Below, piece after piece: positions 35,777 to 49,112 of a DNA stretch of 64,000 nt; the first letter of the stretch is position 1, and every line of letters begins with the position of its first letter. The position numbers and the translations under genes were made by a program. The DNA is taken from contig MU004186.1 in NCBI GenBank assembly GCA_010093605.1, positions 141,765 through 205,764 of the forward strand, written 5' to 3'. The DNA comes from Lophium mytilinum. Its lineage: Eukaryota. Below the pieces are notes generated by a model. That model was not told where the DNA came from. It ran no database searches and was given only the letters and a program-made list of their open reading frames with translations.

Positions 35777-38700
35777 ATGACAGCTTCACCAGAGGTGGCT
35801 TCTGCCTCCTTAGAGCATGAACATACCCATTTGGAGGATGAAGAGATCTTGACCGATCAGGAAACCAGCTCGGAGGATGAGTCGGATGACGAAAGTCTCC
35901 TTGAGCTCTTTGATTACGGCGAGAACCTGCGAGGTGACCTGTGCGAAGCACTTGATGCTATCAATCATGCTGGAGAGTTCGCTGCCTTCGGCACGGCATT
36001 CAATCCTGTCAATCCTGGCTTGCACGTGCCAGGTATCGGGAAGATTCGATTGCCCCTCGACGATGAAGACTTCCGAAACCAAGGGGTGTCTGAGTCTGTC
36101 ACTGGACCGAAAACGCTTTTTAAGAACTGCGAGAATGCTTGGAATACGTTCAGCTTTCAGAACCCATCCTGGGAAGCTTTCAGGTTGGAAATATGCACAA
36201 AGATTTTCAAGGCCATGGAGCTCCAGTCGGGCGACTGCAGAGCCACATTGCTTTCGTGTAGCACTGAGACTTCGACAGAGCAGTACGTATACAATTAGTA
36301 AAGGCTCGCTAACATTCTGCTGATGGACAACAGCCCTTCCCAGTCGGACGACTCGATTGCGACCGTCGTGTTTTGTTTGCCATCGGAACATGTAGGAGGT
36401 GAAATCACGCTTACCCATGATGGCCACACAAAACAATTCGCCACTGATCAAACCTCGTCTTTTGATCTGTCATATTTTGCATGGTGAGTAATGAAAGACT
36501 ATCTCTCCAAGTAATTTCGTCTGACGTCTTCCAGGTATTCCGACGTTGATGTTCAGGTAATATCATGCAACACTGCTGAGAGGTACGTATCGCTGACGTT
36601 TCCAACTCAGATTGAGCCTGTAACATCTGGTCGTCGTGTATTTTTGGTATACTCCCTCTACCAAAATGTACACCCGATTCAGACTGCGTTTAGCCTTGGC
36701 GCGGAAAAACGAGCACTTCTCACGGTCATGGATCATTGGCGAAAATACCTTGAGGCTGGAGCTGACGCCGACGAAGCATATCTAAGTTATGTTCTAGACT
36801 CCGGCCAAGCTGTCGATGCCGATAAGCTCAGACTAGACAGTTTGGCTGGACTCGACGCCGCTCGCGTGCGATGTCTCGAACCAATTTGCGAAGAAACGGG
36901 CTACCGTCTCCTCCTTGCGCACCTGGAAAGGGAGGTCACTGGTTCCTGTGAACCGCGGGAGAGCTACGAATACGGCTATGGGCGATATGGGCGCCACCGA
37001 TACTGGGAGCCAGATAGCGAAGACGACGATGAGGTTCACGAAATGATTGAGGAGATTGACGAGACTATGAAGCTGACTCGCGTTGTTGAGCTCGATGGCA
37101 CCGAAGTTGCGCATGGGGTTCATGTCTTTGGCGAAGAGCTGGCACAGGATTTCCCTTTCGAATATAAAGACGTCGATGAGGAGATTAACTACGACGAGGA
37201 TAGATGTACGCACGTATGGCGCACGCAGGTAAAAACCTTCTAATTCACAGCTGTTCGATGCGACCATGTTAATTGTAATTAGGTGGCTCTGCTGATCGAA
37301 GAGAGTGCATATGTTCCGTTCATTTTGAAACGGGGAAATCTTAGCTTCGATCAGAAACGAGACTGGCTGAGTCGCACAATTGTTGCCGAGCACTCAGATG
37401 CATTCCAATTATGCAAAGTTGTGTTGGAACCGGCTTTCAACGCCATAACCAAGTGTCGCGCCAACATCGCCACCGTCACTGGATTGCGACATAGCGATCT
37501 CGAGAGCATCATTTCCTTCGCTTTGAAAGAGGATGAATATGACATTTTTGCGAGAGCTTCGGCATGCCTTTGGCAACCTGTTTCCGAACAATGCGTAATG
37601 AACATCAAATCGAGCATACTCCGAAGTGGTTTCGAGCCACACCTCAAGGCGTGAGTAGTTCTGTTGTTTCAGTGTTGTAGCGTGTCAGCCCGAAGATACG
37701 GGTACATACTCATTGGCACGAAGCTTACCTTCAAACTAGGCTTAAGGAGACTATACAGAGTGTGCGGCATGCTAGAACGACGATCCAGGCATCAGTGACC
37801 ATATATGAGAACTGTCTTCGACTTCTCAGTGGCCCGACTCTACCCGATAAAACCAAATGGCAAAGGGATAACCTTCAGACATTGTTTTTTAGGGGAGGTA
37901 ATTTGGAAGCTAGTGATGCTGAGCATATACTTAGCACCACTGTAGAGCAAGGACCGAACTTCCTGATCGAAAGGTAAAACACCGAATTATTCACATACCT
38001 GAGCCCGCTGACCAGCCTCACGCAGCATCATTGGCATCTTGCGCGACCCACAGGTTAAACAAGAGTTTGTGGAGTCCTATCTGAGTGCCATGGCCAAGTC
38101 TGTTGAGAAAAACGTGATCCAACCTCCTATTGCGGCCAACCTACTTCAGCAAATATTCCCTGTAGCAAAGACGCGTGCTCAAACGTCCATCGCGGCTATC
38201 CGTTTGATACAACTGTGTATTTCAGCAGGAAAAGGGCAGGCCATACCTTCTGACCAACTAGCGGACTTCATCACGGCCTTACTGCCGGAAGCAACGAGGC
38301 CGCCCTGGACCCAGGCTAATCTAAGTGATCTATTCCAGTCTTTGCGCAGGTCAGAAAAGCACGGCGACCTGCCTAGCCAATTCTTTGTGGATTTTGTGCG
38401 TGGGTTTGCCGAGCTACCACAAATCGGATATATTCTCTCGCATGGTCCCGTGCTATTAGAGTTCTTGGTTCAGCTCCGCAACTCGGCCTCTGAGAATTTA
38501 GTGAGCAACGGCTTATTCGACGATCTATGCCAGCAAGTAGTCGAGCGTTTTGTACCTCAGATGGAGCAGTACACGCTTGTAATGCCGATTCTTCAGAGAC
38601 TATTTGAAGCAAAGGTCACGGAACAACTAGAATCGGATCTAGTAACGCATTTTGTTGAGAGAACACTCCCCGAACTACCGAATTCGAACGACCCATCACT

Positions 38701-39874
38701 TCTCCTCGCATTCGGTCACCTCGTGTACCATGCGGCGACTCAGATGCAATGCACACAAGCCGCTTCCACGCAAACGTTTCGGGTCATATTTCCCAATATC
38801 ATTGGTTCTGTCACTTTGCGCCATCCGAATAGCCAGGAAACACAACATAAGCGACAAAAGACACACGAATCCTCGTCTGATAGGCCAAATCTACCGCTCG
38901 ATCGAGAGGGAGAGGAACTCGCGAAGGATGTGGAGTGTTATGCTGCCTCCGGGCTCAATGAGGAAACCGTCCACATGCTTGACAAGATTCGCAATGAAGC
39001 GTCTTTGGTCGCGATCTCCGCATTTGAATCTCGTGGCATTCCCTTTCTCAAGCTGCTAGCTCGAAGTCAATATTTCCGAGAAGGAGACATAGCGCCAGCC
39101 TTTAACGATATGACTCGAAACTTGCTCACATTCTACATACGTCAAAAGACTACCTCGGAGCCTCTGCGCACGCCTGACCTAGACATGAGACTTGCTCACA
39201 GCTGCGGATGCCAAGACTGTCGCGATCTAGATATCTTCGTCGCGAACGCTCAAAAGACCGTAGAGGAGTTCTCTCGAATAACTGCAGTCCGGAATCATCT
39301 CGAAAAGCGCATTCTTGCCGGGTTTGAGGTAAGCCTCAGGAAAGGAAGAGCTCCTTTTACTTTGATAATACAGAAGAAAGAGGCGCGTTGGAAAGCAGCC
39401 CATGATAAGTGGAGCAAAGATCGCGAGTCTACTCGGAGAGTTATCTCGCAACTACCGAGAACCGAAATGCAAGGAGTGCTTGGTGAGCGGTTCAACGAGC
39501 TTTACGACCTCGAAGCACCTGTCAGGCCGGCGTTCTCATCCACACCCACGGGAGTCACACCAAAGTCCGGTGTAGCCTACGAAACGGCGGCCAGGAATCC
39601 AATGGACTCTACCTCATCCTCTGCGAGTTACCTAGCTGGGAGTGCTCGACCTGCGACAACTTTCTCTGCGACGAATCCCCACTTGGCTGGTCGCATACTT
39701 CCTCCCCCGGTAACTTCGCGATTGGCTCCATCTTGGGCACCAGCTCAGCCTCATCCTACAGTCCCTTTGTCTAGTCGACCGAATCCACTTGGCGCTTATC
39801 CAGATCACGGAAATGTAAGAGCCGGGCAGAAAAGATCGGCAGAGGTTATGATCGTTGATTTGACTGGAGATTAG
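35777..39874 (+). CDS. 2OG-Fe(II) oxygenase-like family protein, paralog 1 (degenerate active site); join(35777..36282,36334..36483,36535..36556,36611..37228,37283..37650,37740..37973,38026..39874)
   Basis: Family motifs FAAFG...NPGLHVPGIGKIRLPL, ATVVFCLPSEHVGG, SYFAWYSDV, PVTSGRRVFLVYSL and C-terminal CGCQDC...RNHLE...PFTLII. Six canonical introns preserve frame. Confidence 0.82.
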
Positions 39875-40638
39875 TCAGTGCTAGAACGGAATCATGTCCG
39901 GAACTTTCGTGCTTTTCAGGAACACTATTGGTGTCTAGTACATTTTTGTAATAACCATTTGGAACGAAAAGTGCGCTGTAATAGATCTGATATAGATAGA
40001 GTTCAAAGATGGAGTCAACATTGGCACGCTAGACCTTTTTCGGATATGCTCCCATATTGTACCATGAACAACAAAACTAGATTTGCTTGAAACAGTCCAT
40101 TCTAAGCCTTCTTAAATTATAAATTATTCTTCGGTGGTTCATATCCGCTTAGCACCGTTTGAGGCCCTTAGGTACGTACAGTATGACAAAAATGATGACT
40201 CCTCCAGCGGCGTTACAATGCCACTATACTTTCAACGGGGCCGAGCCTGGCAATAGCATGTAATGCAGATTTATAGCTCGATACATTCTTTGCTGTGAAA
40301 ATTTGAGATACTTATAGCTGCAAAATCAAAATTGTCGGGTGTTGCTATGTAGATCTTGGCGCATGATAGCGCGTCATGGTCGCGTTCAAGTGCGATGCGA
40401 GGAAAAGCAAATCATCCTAATCTTGAGTCGGCTTTTCCTTCAACAGCCCTCCTTTAGGGGAGGCCTGGACTCTATACGAATCTACAAACCCTGACGGGAA
40501 GCTAGAAACCACATTCTATTCTTCTCAAAAATTGCTTTTACGCGCGCCAATCGCGGCTAGCAATCCGGCCCTCCTAGCATCCAGTCAAACAGACTCCTCC
40601 AGACAACACGCATACGACCGGACAATCTGGTGATAAAC

Positions 40639-43600
40639 ATGGCACATATTTCAGAAGAGGAATCGGATGATGACAGCCATATTGGCTACGAGGATTGGGT
40701 CAAGCCGGAGCTCTGTGCTGCTATCGAGGGCATCACGCGAGATGAGGACTTCGCCGTCTTTGGGACGCGCATGAATCCTGTAAATCCCGGACTACGAGTT
40801 TCCGGTTATGGAGACATAAGAATCCCACTTGCCGACGAACACTTCGGACCGAGACCTTCCTTTGTGGTTGGACCAGCACAACTACTCGCACATTGCGAGA
40901 ATGCGTGGACATGTTTCGGTTTCCAAAATCCCTCTGGGTTAGCCTACATCAACGAGCTGCAGAGCCAAGTGGCGCGTGAGCTGGGAATACGGAGCGGACA
41001 CTGCTCCAAGCCGACCCTGCTTCTCTGCAGCCAAGTTTCCTCAACGACATTGTAGGCCTGTGACTGGAGTTTGAGTAATAACCTTACAAATGACTGACGC
41101 GGTACAGGCCTTCCCAATCTGACGATTCCATTGCAACGATGGTGTTCTGCTTGCCATCCAGGCATCTAGGAGGGGAGATTACATTCAACTCGAATGGGGA
41201 GACAAAGGCTTTCAATACCGACCAGACTTCCCCATTTGACCTTTCATATTTCGCGTGGTACTCGGATGTCAATGTCAAGCTTGCCCCTGTGACGTCCGGT
41301 CGCCGCCTTCTCTTGGTGTGTTCCGTCTACAAGGGCCATGAAGTGGTCGGATTTCAAAACGCCTCTACCATTGGGGCCAGTAAGAAGGAGCTTCAACGCG
41401 TCGTGACCACATGGCAAAGATCACTCCGATCCGATCAACCATGTTCAACTCACTTCGCTTATATCCTAGACTCTGTAAAAGGACTTGAATTGCAGGTCAG
41501 CGGGCTCGACGCGATTCGAGTCCGGAATCTCCATGAGATATGCCAAAAGACTGGGTTCCGACTCCTACTCGCCAGTATGGAACGCCAAGTCTCCGGCATA
41601 TGTGAGTATGATGACGATTTGTGCAAGTATCACACCATGGAGGATGAGTTGGAATGGAAGGTGACATTGAAGTGCATCGTAGAGCTTGATGGCACTGAAG
41701 TGGCTCGTGACGTGGTAATAGACGATGTGGTCATCCTCCAAAGCGAGCCTTACGAAGACAGGGAACCAGACGAAGAGACGTCCTATGAAAGCCGTCACGG
41801 CCGTGGAACACACATCTGGCGAGACAAGGTAGTCATTGTCTTGAGCGTCATTGAAGATGCAGAACTAATGCAGCACAGGTAGCATTTGTAATCCAGGAAA
41901 CGGACTCCATTCTATTTTTCCTAGACGCACTCAGTGCAGATCAAGTCAAGCTTTGGCTGGACCGTTCCCTAACGAGTCAGCACCAGGATCGATTCCAATT
42001 GTGTTCGGCTATTCTAGAACGAGCATCTAATACGACGATGGGAAACAAAACTACGCACAAAGGAGTCCTACAAAACGACTTGGAAAGGATCATGATGTTC
42101 TCCTTGGGTCACCGAAGGATGGATCTCTTCGGTAAAGCAGCAAGCTACATGCGCCAGGATTTATCAGAACAATCTCGTGCGACACTTCATGATAACATCC
42201 TTGAGCACGGTGGTGAAATCCATCTCCAGGCGTAAGTCGATCGCCCCTACCCTTTCCTGCACTCAAACTTCGTGATTCCTACTCTGGCCTCTCCTGGAGT
42301 ACATCTTAGCTCTCCGAGACAGAACCACCCATCATGCCAGCTTGATAAGTGAATGGCATACGCGAACTTCTTACGATATTCATTTCTAGCTATGTCTGTA
42401 GCACATGCTGACCCCACTTCTGGGCTCACGAAGGCAGTGAACGCTTGTTGGACTCCCGTAGACTCGATGGACACGGCCAAACACATTTTCAACCACATTC
42501 TTCGCTTGCTCGATAGTAGTCTCCAAGCTGGCGTTGCAGCACAGTGGTATTCTGCTCGTTTCAAGCAAGCATTATGCAATCGGGACAGATTGAGCAAGAA
42601 ACATCTTACAAACATCTTCGCATGGGCTATGTTTAGGGATGGCGAAGAAAATGTTATGGAAACGTGAGTCTAGTCCTAGATCCATGTCGTTTGTTTTGCT
42701 AAGAAACGCAGGCTTCAAACCATCATCACAGACCAGCGGGTCGGGTTCGATTTCGTGCAAGCCTGTCTTAAGCGCGTATTATCCGACTCGGGACGTGGTT
42801 TTGCCAACGAAGGCAATGGCGATGCCCAGCTCGACTTCACGCGAAGGCTTCTTCGTGCACTATTCCCGGCCTTCAAGGCCCGCTTTACGAATGAGCAGCG
42901 TGTGATCACTTTCCTGAAGCAACTTCTCTCCGACCCATACAGCGTTATACTCAATGACGAGCGCCCTGGCTACGTCAATGCTCTACTAACCCACGTACTC
43001 AGACCTCCGTGGACAGTGGCAACTATGCAGGATTTGTTCGGGTCTTTGATGGACGCAGAATGCTGCAGCCGTCTTCCAGATCAATACTTCGCGAAATTCA
43101 TCGGCAGTTTCAGCTCTGAATCTCAGCGAGAGCTAATCTCTTGCGACGGCTACCTTCTCAGTGAATTCATAACCTTACTACTGCGAGCCAAAGCCGACGG
43201 CCTTATTAATGCCGAGTCGACTGGACAATTGTGTCAAGAGATGATATCACACATGAATGAGGAGATTACAGGTCTGGAGCCCATGCTAAAAGTGCCTGGG
43301 AAACTGCTGGCTCGAACTTGGATCGACAATTCAGTGGCCCTCGACCTAATACACTTCTTAATTCCTGAGATGGAGAAGCGATCTCTAGACTTAAGACTTC
43401 TCCTGGAGTTTAATGACAGCATCATATCAGCGTTTAGTAAAAACGAAGAAATATTTCACATTGGGAAGTGTGTAGTCGAGGGCCTTTTTCCACTCTTCCA
43501 GGACTCGATAACATTCTTAGACGCTCAAGATCAACACAAAAGACAAAGGACTGGGATCGATACTGCCATGATTCGTTCTCTCCCGTCGAGATACATGAAT

Positions 43601-44581
43601 TCCGAGGACATCGCATTAACACTAGCCCGCAACATGTTCTTTGGCCTCAGACAAGAAGTACTCTGGGCGATGGAGGCCCTCCGGAACGAAGCACACCTGA
43701 TCAGTCCCGAAAACTTTGAGACTCGTGCCTTGCCTCTTCTCCAAAATCTCGTTAGACTTCAGCAGACATACAGACCCGAAGCAATGCTGCGCGATATCTA
43801 CGACGACTTGTTCAAGAGCCTTCTCGCATCTTACATACGACAAAGGAAAACACCAGAGCCCATCCGCCCTCCTGGATTGGATATCAACATTCGCCCCGGA
43901 TGTGGATGTAGACGTTGCGGCTTGCTTGATCGATTGGTGTCCACTGCAAGCATAGGTACCCATCGCTTTTGTTGTATAGAAGCGGACCGGAGACACATAA
44001 GCAGTCGGCTCGTTTCCGGGTTCGACGTTCAAACTGAATATTATGGCCGTCCATACACCCTCGTGGTGACCAAACTGGAACACGGATGGAGAGTGCGTCA
44101 TGAGGCGTGGAAGAAGAACAAAGAATCGATCCTGGAAACCATATCAAAGCTTCCAGAGCCAAACATGCGAATAGTTCTAGGCGAGCGGTTCGAGGAGCTT
44201 TACAGACTAAACCCACCGCCGAGAACTGCTCCCGCGGCAGCTTCTTCCTCTACTATTTCAAATGCGCCTCAGCCGTCCACGGCTAGGGTTTCAGGAGCCT
44301 CGTCCACGACAGAGCTAGCTACTCGCAACCCAACGACCTTCACGGCAGCCGCATTTATACAGTTACACGCGCCACGCCCAGCAGCCCCCACGCCAACTAA
44401 CCCTCAACAACTGTCATCCTCGTCAACATCAGCGTTACCTCAGCCTACAGCCTCCGTGGGGCCGCTATCTTCTAGGCCCAATCCCCCGGCTACGTTAATA
44501 GACGGCGACATCGCGCAAACGGGAGAGAAAAGACGGAGGGATTCCGATTGTAGCGTTGTTGATCTAACGAATTCTCAGTAG
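40639..44581 (+). CDS. 2OG-Fe(II) oxygenase-like family protein, paralog 2 (possibly pseudogenised at the intron-3 acceptor); join(40639..41051,41108..41828,41879..42231,42424..42663,42712..44581)
   Basis: Colinear with paralog 1 (NPVNPGL, PSQSDDSIAT.VFCLPS.H.GG, FDLSYFAWYSDV, PVTSGRR, VELDGTEVA, CGCxxC, GERFxELY). The expected acceptor at 42422-23 reads GG, not AG. Confidence 0.72.
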
Positions 44582-44932
44582 GCCCTTCAATCGCCTTGAT
44601 GAATGTATGATAGAATACATTCTTTCTGCTAGGAGGCCTCGGGCGACGTTAAGTTCAAACGCTTGGAAGGGAGCGTATCGCATCCTTCGGGTTTCCAATG
44701 GATTTTTGAGACTTCCCTACGCAGCAGCCGCACATTATACGCGACTTTTGTAACATCACTGTACGATTATATTTCATACTAGTTAGCTTTGATATGCATG
44801 CAGCGCGTCTCATATACGAGCTCAAAGCCCTCATCGATAAATCATCAGTCCATTTCATAACAATCCCTACGCGCAGCTACTTAACCCCACCCACTCACTT
44901 CCTAAACCCACCCGCGGCATACTCAGCCCCAA

Positions 44933-45712
44933 TCAAACAAACACGTACCCCCTCGCCCCCCAATTCCAATGCCTCATGCCCACAGGCCTCCTCACCCGCC
45001 CTTCCATCCCCTCATACGCGAAATCCCGCTCCGTCCCTCCCCTCCGCCGCGTGAATACTCCCGCCATGATCCCAACCCTCTTTGACGGGCTCAGATTCAG
45101 TGATCGCGGGAGCATGGACGGTGCCTCAAGGCTACCGGGGGACAAGTCGCCGGAGGTGTCACGAAACGCCTTAGGTGCGGATGGGTAGAAGCGAGCCAAG
45201 CTGAACGGCGGGCTGAAGAATGATTGGAGGCGGGTTGGTGGAAGTTCGAAGTCGCCGTTGGAGTCATCATCGAGAACGCTAGGGTCTGGAGAGGGAGCAG
45301 AGCTGGAGAGGCGGCTAGCAATGTCGCGCTGGAGGGCGTTAGTGAGAGCGATGGCTTGGGCTTGTATGGGCGAGTGTTGAGGGTGCACGTGCTTGGAGGG
45401 GTGTGAGATGTGTCTCAGCGTTTGGAAGCATTAGGGATGGCTTGAAGCAGTCTGAATGATGGGAGGGTGACTGAGACTGAACGAGCACGGAAGTTACACG
45501 AGCTGCAGATGGCGCAGATGGAATAGGAAAGAGGTCGAGGCCAGACACGACGATAGTAAAGTGGAGTTTACCTCGGACACCCCTTCAGCTCTCATGCGCT
45601 CTGCAAGACGCTCGACATCCGCGGCGGAGGGCGTGATGGGTACGGCGGCAACGTTGACCAGGAACGCGAAGAGGTAGATGAGAAAGACGGATATGGCGGT
45701 ATAGCGAGTCAT
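44933..45712 (-). CDS. Hypothetical protein with N-terminal signal peptide; complement(join(44933..45391,45572..45712)), 3' end uncertain
   Basis: Hydrophobic N-terminus MTRYTAISVFLIYLFAFLVNVAAVP; a GTAAAC...AAG intron joins in frame to ORF 44933..45388. A possible extra terminal intron lies near 44900-44950. Confidence 0.5.
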
Positions 45713-46865
45713 GCTTGTGATACTGCAACTTTTAACCGTCAAAAAAGAGATGGAGCGGTATCAAAGTGGCGATTGCTCTACTTGAGAGGACCTGGAATCG
45801 CGACCGCGTTTCAGACTCTCTACGAAATGCGTGGTGGAATGAAGGATCTTTTTGAGAGAAGTAAAGATCATAAGGATAGACTGGGGTTGCAAATATAAAC
45901 GAAAGTAAAGTCGAGTCCCAGCATTGGGCCGACTGTCAAAGGGCAGAGATCCAGCTACCTTGGTTGCCATATAAGAGCGCGTTCACGCCCTTTTATCTCT
46001 TACCCAGCGGAGAGTCCTTGGGTCCGGAAAGGGAAACTGGGGATGTACGGGAGTAAGGAAAGACATGTTCCACTATCACGAGGCGGCGCGTTTTTCATGC
46101 ATTCAAGGGCTCTAGATGCCATGGAGAACCCATTGGGCGCGATAGGAAGGGACAGGAATCCAAATAACCCAACAGCCACTTCAGTTTCCAAATTCTTGGG
46201 GCTCGAGATAAGCCCGCTGGCGTGTTCAAGCGTGTCGCGGGAGCGTTCTGCAAGGGATAGGACTCAAGTCCGCCGCCCCTGACGGCTACCATCATTTTTG
46301 GGAATACAGATACGGCGGCGAGTGCATGGTCTGAGGTGGAGTCGTGGGATTGCAGACGAGACGAAAGTATGCAAGCAAAGGAGGCGTCGCACTCATGCTC
46401 ACGGGTCGTTCTTTAGCGTAACCGTTGCTTCTTAGATAGTATATTGCTCGTCAACGTGGCTGTCTAACGGAGTTGCTCCGAAGGGGTCTGAAACTACGCA
46501 ATTGTTATGCGGCGGAGAGGTTGGAGGATGTGTTGAGTAGAGAATGCGTCGGGGGTGAGGTGAATATGCACAACAATGCACAAATAATGCACGCCAAGCT
46601 TGGAGCTATGACGACTCGAACATCCATGTGACCACATCCCCCTCCCCTTCCTCACTTTCCATCCACGTCTTCCATCATCATATCCTCCGACTTGGTTTGA
46701 ATTATCGCAAATCGACAAAACCATACGATGAATTGTCATCATACTATCCACAGGTTGAAGCTGCCCAATTGGAAATTGAAACGCCATTTTTTGGATATCA
46801 GCTAAAGCTTTCCCTTGCATCCCCTTAGCTAGCCTTCACTTTCTTGTGGAACCTCCGCACCTGTC

Positions 46866-49112
46866 ATGGAGGATATCACGTCCTCTCAAACCCTTGCGGG
46901 CGACGGCCCGGAAAGGGAACGGGCCGCCCTTGATCTGAGCGCCTTTCCTCCGTTCTTCATTCTAACGTCCCATTTCCAAGAAGAAGATATACATGCCCTC
47001 GAGGGACAGCTAACACAGTGTGGTGCACAATTGACTTATGGTCCTGCAGAAGCCAAACTTTTCATTGGCAAAGTCGGAACTAAACGGAGAGCCGAGTTCG
47101 AGTTGCGAAGTCTGCACGTCTTCACCCAAGACATCACACCTCTATTGCCGCATGATACGACCCCAGTTGCTTTAGAACCTGCCAGCAAAAAGAGGCGTTT
47201 CGGATCCGACTCTAAACAGGAAACTAAAGTCGCCGAAAGCCACGATGATTCCACAATAGAGGGAGAAACGACCGAAGACGAATCATCAGATGTTCCTATG
47301 CCAAGAGGAGCAATTGTCCATTCTGACCAGACCGAGCCTGGATCGCTCAGCAATCCGATTGGTATACTGGATGATGAGTCTACTACGGAGGAAGAGGCTT
47401 CATTCCCCGAGGATCGAGGTCACCGTGACAAAAGCAAAAGAAAACGCGACTCGTCGAATCCTCTAAGGGAAGTCACGAGCCGATCCGTCGTCGAGTCCAT
47501 CTCTAATGGTGGCAAAGACGCTGTAACCGTTTTGAAAGTAGAATGGCTTGAAGAAGCGATAGCTGCTGGAATTCCTCTACCATTGGATAGCTACCAAGTA
47601 TATCAAGGCAGGCGTATCGACCCGGAGATTGCGAGTCCTGCTGTTCAACATCAAGCATTGCCTCCGCTGCGTAAGGCGATCCCAAAATCCCAACATACCC
47701 TCGCACAACGGCCTCATACTGCCCAGAGTATCATAGAAAGAGCAAAAGCTGATGCAGCTGTCACACCTGCGCGCAAACCGAAGAAAGACCCTTTCAAGTA
47801 TCGACGAGAAGGAGCACGCCAGTTTGAAAACGCGACTTTCGCATCCCACAGCCAAAAGCATGGTCTGTCAGCCTCTCACGCAGCCCACTTGCTCCAACAA
47901 ACAACGAGCGAGTACGAAGGCGAAACCAGTGAAATCCCCGAGCCTCCAGCCTGGGTAAAAGCGAAGCTCAAATACGCCTGCCAGCGCCAAACGCCCGCCA
48001 ACCCCCCAAACGACCCCTTCATCGACGAGCTCAAAAAGATCCGCCAAGCACGCCTCCTCACCGGCGACGAAATCGGCGTCCGAGCCTACTCCACCAGCAT
48101 CGCCGCGCTCGCAGCCTACCCCTACCACCTCACTCACCCCAAAGAAATCCTCTCCCTCCCCGGCTGCGACATCAAAATCGCCAACCTATGGGTCGAGTAC
48201 AAAAACACGGGCCACATCACCGCCGCCGACGACGCCCAAAGCGACGAAACTATGCAAGTCCTCCGCCTCTTCTACGACATCTGGGGCGTCGGCGCTCCCA
48301 CCGCCCGCACCTTCTACTTCTCCAACCACTGGCGCGACCTCGACGACGTCATCGAGCACGGCTGGAGCTCGCTCACGCGCGTCCAGCAGATCGGCGTGAA
48401 ATACTACGACGAGTTCAAGGACGCGATCCCCCGCCCCGAAGTCGAGGCCATCGCCGCAACGATCCACGCCCATGCCATCCGTATCCGCGACGCCAGAGTC
48501 ACCTGCACGATCGTGGGCGGCTACCGTCGCGGCAAAGCGTCCTCTGGCGACGTCGACGTGATCCTCTCCCACCCGGATCTTGTTTCCACAGCGAACCTCG
48601 TCGCGGACGTAGCCGCTTCGCTCGAGGAGGAGGGCTGGATCACCCACACGCTCACGCTGAGCCTTCACGGCACGCACCGCGGGCAGGCGACGCTTCCGTT
48701 TCGCGCGAGCGGGCCCGCGGGCCATGGCTTCGATACGCTGGATAAAGCGCTTGTCGTCTGGCAGGACGTTGCGTGGGCGAGTCGGGATGCGGATCTGGCG
48801 GCGAATCCGAAGGCGAAGAACCCGAATGTGCATCGGAGGGTCGATATCATTGTCTCGCCGTGGCGGACGGTGGGATGTGCGGTTATGGGATGGAGTGGCG
48901 GGACGACGTTCCAGCGGGATCTGAGACGCTACGCGAAGGCGGTTAAGGGGTGGAAGTTTGATAGTAGTGGGGTCCGGGATCGGCGGACGGGAATGGTGGT
49001 TGAGCTTGAGGGGGAGGAGGGAGTGGACGGGACGCCGGTGGAGGCGGAGAGGAGGGTGTTTGAAGGGATGGGGTTGGAGTTTGTGGAGCCGGAGCTGAGG
49101 TGTACGGGGTAG
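46866..49112 (+). CDS. pol4: Family X DNA polymerase, Pol mu/Pol4-like, with N-terminal BRCT-like region
   Basis: YACQRQTP, 8-kDa domain (EILSLPGC), IWGVGAPTA, catalytic GGYRRGKASSGDVDVIL, RRVDII, and GWSG (Pol mu/TdT-type rather than the lambda-type YFTG). Confidence 0.92.
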   Translation: MEDITSSQTLAGDGPERERAALDLSAFPPFFILTSHFQEEDIHALEGQLTQCGAQLTYGPAEAKLFIGKVGTKRRAEFELRSLHVFTQDITPLLPHDTTPVALEPASKKRRFGSDSKQETKVAESHDDSTIEGETTEDESSDVPMPRGAIVHSDQTEPGSLSNPIGILDDESTTEEEASFPEDRGHRDKSKRKRDSSNPLREVTSRSVVESISNGGKDAVTVLKVEWLEEAIAAGIPLPLDSYQVYQGRRIDPEIASPAVQHQALPPLRKAIPKSQHTLAQRPHTAQSIIERAKADAAVTPARKPKKDPFKYRREGARQFENATFASHSQKHGLSASHAAHLLQQTTSEYEGETSEIPEPPAWVKAKLKYACQRQTPANPPNDPFIDELKKIRQARLLTGDEIGVRAYSTSIAALAAYPYHLTHPKEILSLPGCDIKIANLWVEYKNTGHITAADDAQSDETMQVLRLFYDIWGVGAPTARTFYFSNHWRDLDDVIEHGWSSLTRVQQIGVKYYDEFKDAIPRPEVEAIAATIHAHAIRIRDARVTCTIVGGYRRGKASSGDVDVILSHPDLVSTANLVADVAASLEEEGWITHTLTLSLHGTHRGQATLPFRASGPAGHGFDTLDKALVVWQDVAWASRDADLAANPKAKNPNVHRRVDIIVSPWRTVGCAVMGWSGGTTFQRDLRRYAKAVKGWKFDSSGVRDRRTGMVVELEGEEGVDGTPVEAERRVFEGMGLEFVEPELRCTG

